Positions 63,681-64,000 of a DNA stretch of 64,000 nucleotides are shown here, piece by piece. Origin of the DNA: Candidatus Heimdallarchaeota archaeon (GTDB lineage: Archaea; Asgardarchaeota; Heimdallarchaeia; JABLTI01); NCBI GenBank assembly GCA_019056785.1, contig DXJV01000073.1, forward strand, positions 1,416 to 65,415, in the 5' to 3' direction. Numbering within the stretch: position 1 is the stretch's first letter; every line of letters starts with the position of its first letter. Under the pieces are notes generated by a model. That model did no database searches. It was not told the origin of the DNA and worked only from the letters and a program-made list of their open reading frames with translations. The position numbers and the translations under genes were made by a program.

Positions 63681-64000
63681 ATGACCCGACTGGAAGAATT
63701 TTTTAAACAATATGCTGAAAAAGAAGGCTCAAGTTTCTTACTGGGAAAAGACTGGTTGACGAAAGGAAAGCAAGAACCGCGAGATTGTCTAATAACGGCA
63801 CGTCTTACTTCTGGGGCTGTTGCCAAAGCCTTGCAAGAAGAGGTTCAAACAATTATTTGTATCTATCCCCCCTTTTTTACTCAAGGGTCTCAATCAGGGC
63901 TTGTTCCTTGGGAGCTCGAGATATTAACCATGCTAATTGACAATCGTTTGGCGGTCTTTTCTCTGGGAGAGAACTGGATAACAAAAGAGCAAGGGGGGTT
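63681..64000 (+). CDS. Partial ORF (runs off the window end); NIF3-like pattern with degenerate metal ligands
   Basis: Own translation: MTRLEEFFKQYAEKEGSSFLLGKDW...CLITARLTSGAVAKALQEEVQTIICIYPPFF...LAVFSLGENW. It is collinear with NIF3, but IYPP replaces HHP. An alternative GTG start lies at 63672. Confidence 0.3.
   Translation, partial: MTRLEEFFKQYAEKEGSSFLLGKDWLTKGKQEPRDCLITARLTSGAVAKALQEEVQTIICIYPPFFTQGSQSGLVPWELEILTMLIDNRLAVFSLGENWITKEQGG

Noticed and set aside
1-64000. CRISPR arrays, IS elements, integrases, prophage or rRNA genes
   Set aside because: I saw no regularly spaced direct repeats, no transposase/integrase-like ORFs and no rRNA-like conserved stretches. The only nucleotide-level repeats noted are the short ones in the E2 tail region.

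Overview
This is a gene-dense (about 90% coding), moderately AT-rich archaeal chromosome segment. I found no rRNA, CRISPR array, transposase or integrase.

Archaeal markers:
- TFB and an aEF-2-type GTPase.
- The archaeal HMG-CoA synthase / thiolase / DUF35 operon.
- ADP-forming acetyl-CoA synthetase.
- Class-III (type IV pilin-like) signal peptides.
- An intron-containing tRNA with a canonical bulge-helix-bulge motif.

The content points to an Asgard-type archaeon:
- Arf-like, Rab/Ras-like and MglA-like small GTPases.
- A longin/roadblock-like gene and a PLAT-like domain protein.
- A PPP phosphatase and a RING-H2-like protein.
- Three ubiquitin-family beta-grasp genes.
- A eukaryote-style Ubl/E1/E2/JAMM cassette.

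Most notable observations:
1. At 30.1-37.9 kb the Ubl-conjugation cassette (Zn-finger, JAMM, E1, Ubl, E2) follows a non-canonical Smc5/6-like SMC-kleisin-tandem-WH trio in one co-directional, almost gapless array.
2. At 38.3-44.0 kb there is a histidine-themed locus:
   - a histidine ammonia-lyase carrying an inserted rubredoxin-like domain;
   - an intron-containing tRNA-His with A73 and no encoded G-1;
   - a second HAL paralog with Ala-Cys-Gly in place of the MIO-forming Ala-Ser-Gly;
   - HisRS.
3. Several conserved genes carry in-frame stops (one each of TGA, TAA and TAG) or frame changes.

The remainder is housekeeping and metabolism: UvrB, RpiA, GluRS, peroxiredoxins, an ABC exporter, an S8 protease, an SLC13 permease, Pcp, and a type IV pilus-like locus.

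All calls rest on reading the translated ORFs and the DNA by eye. No database search was run.
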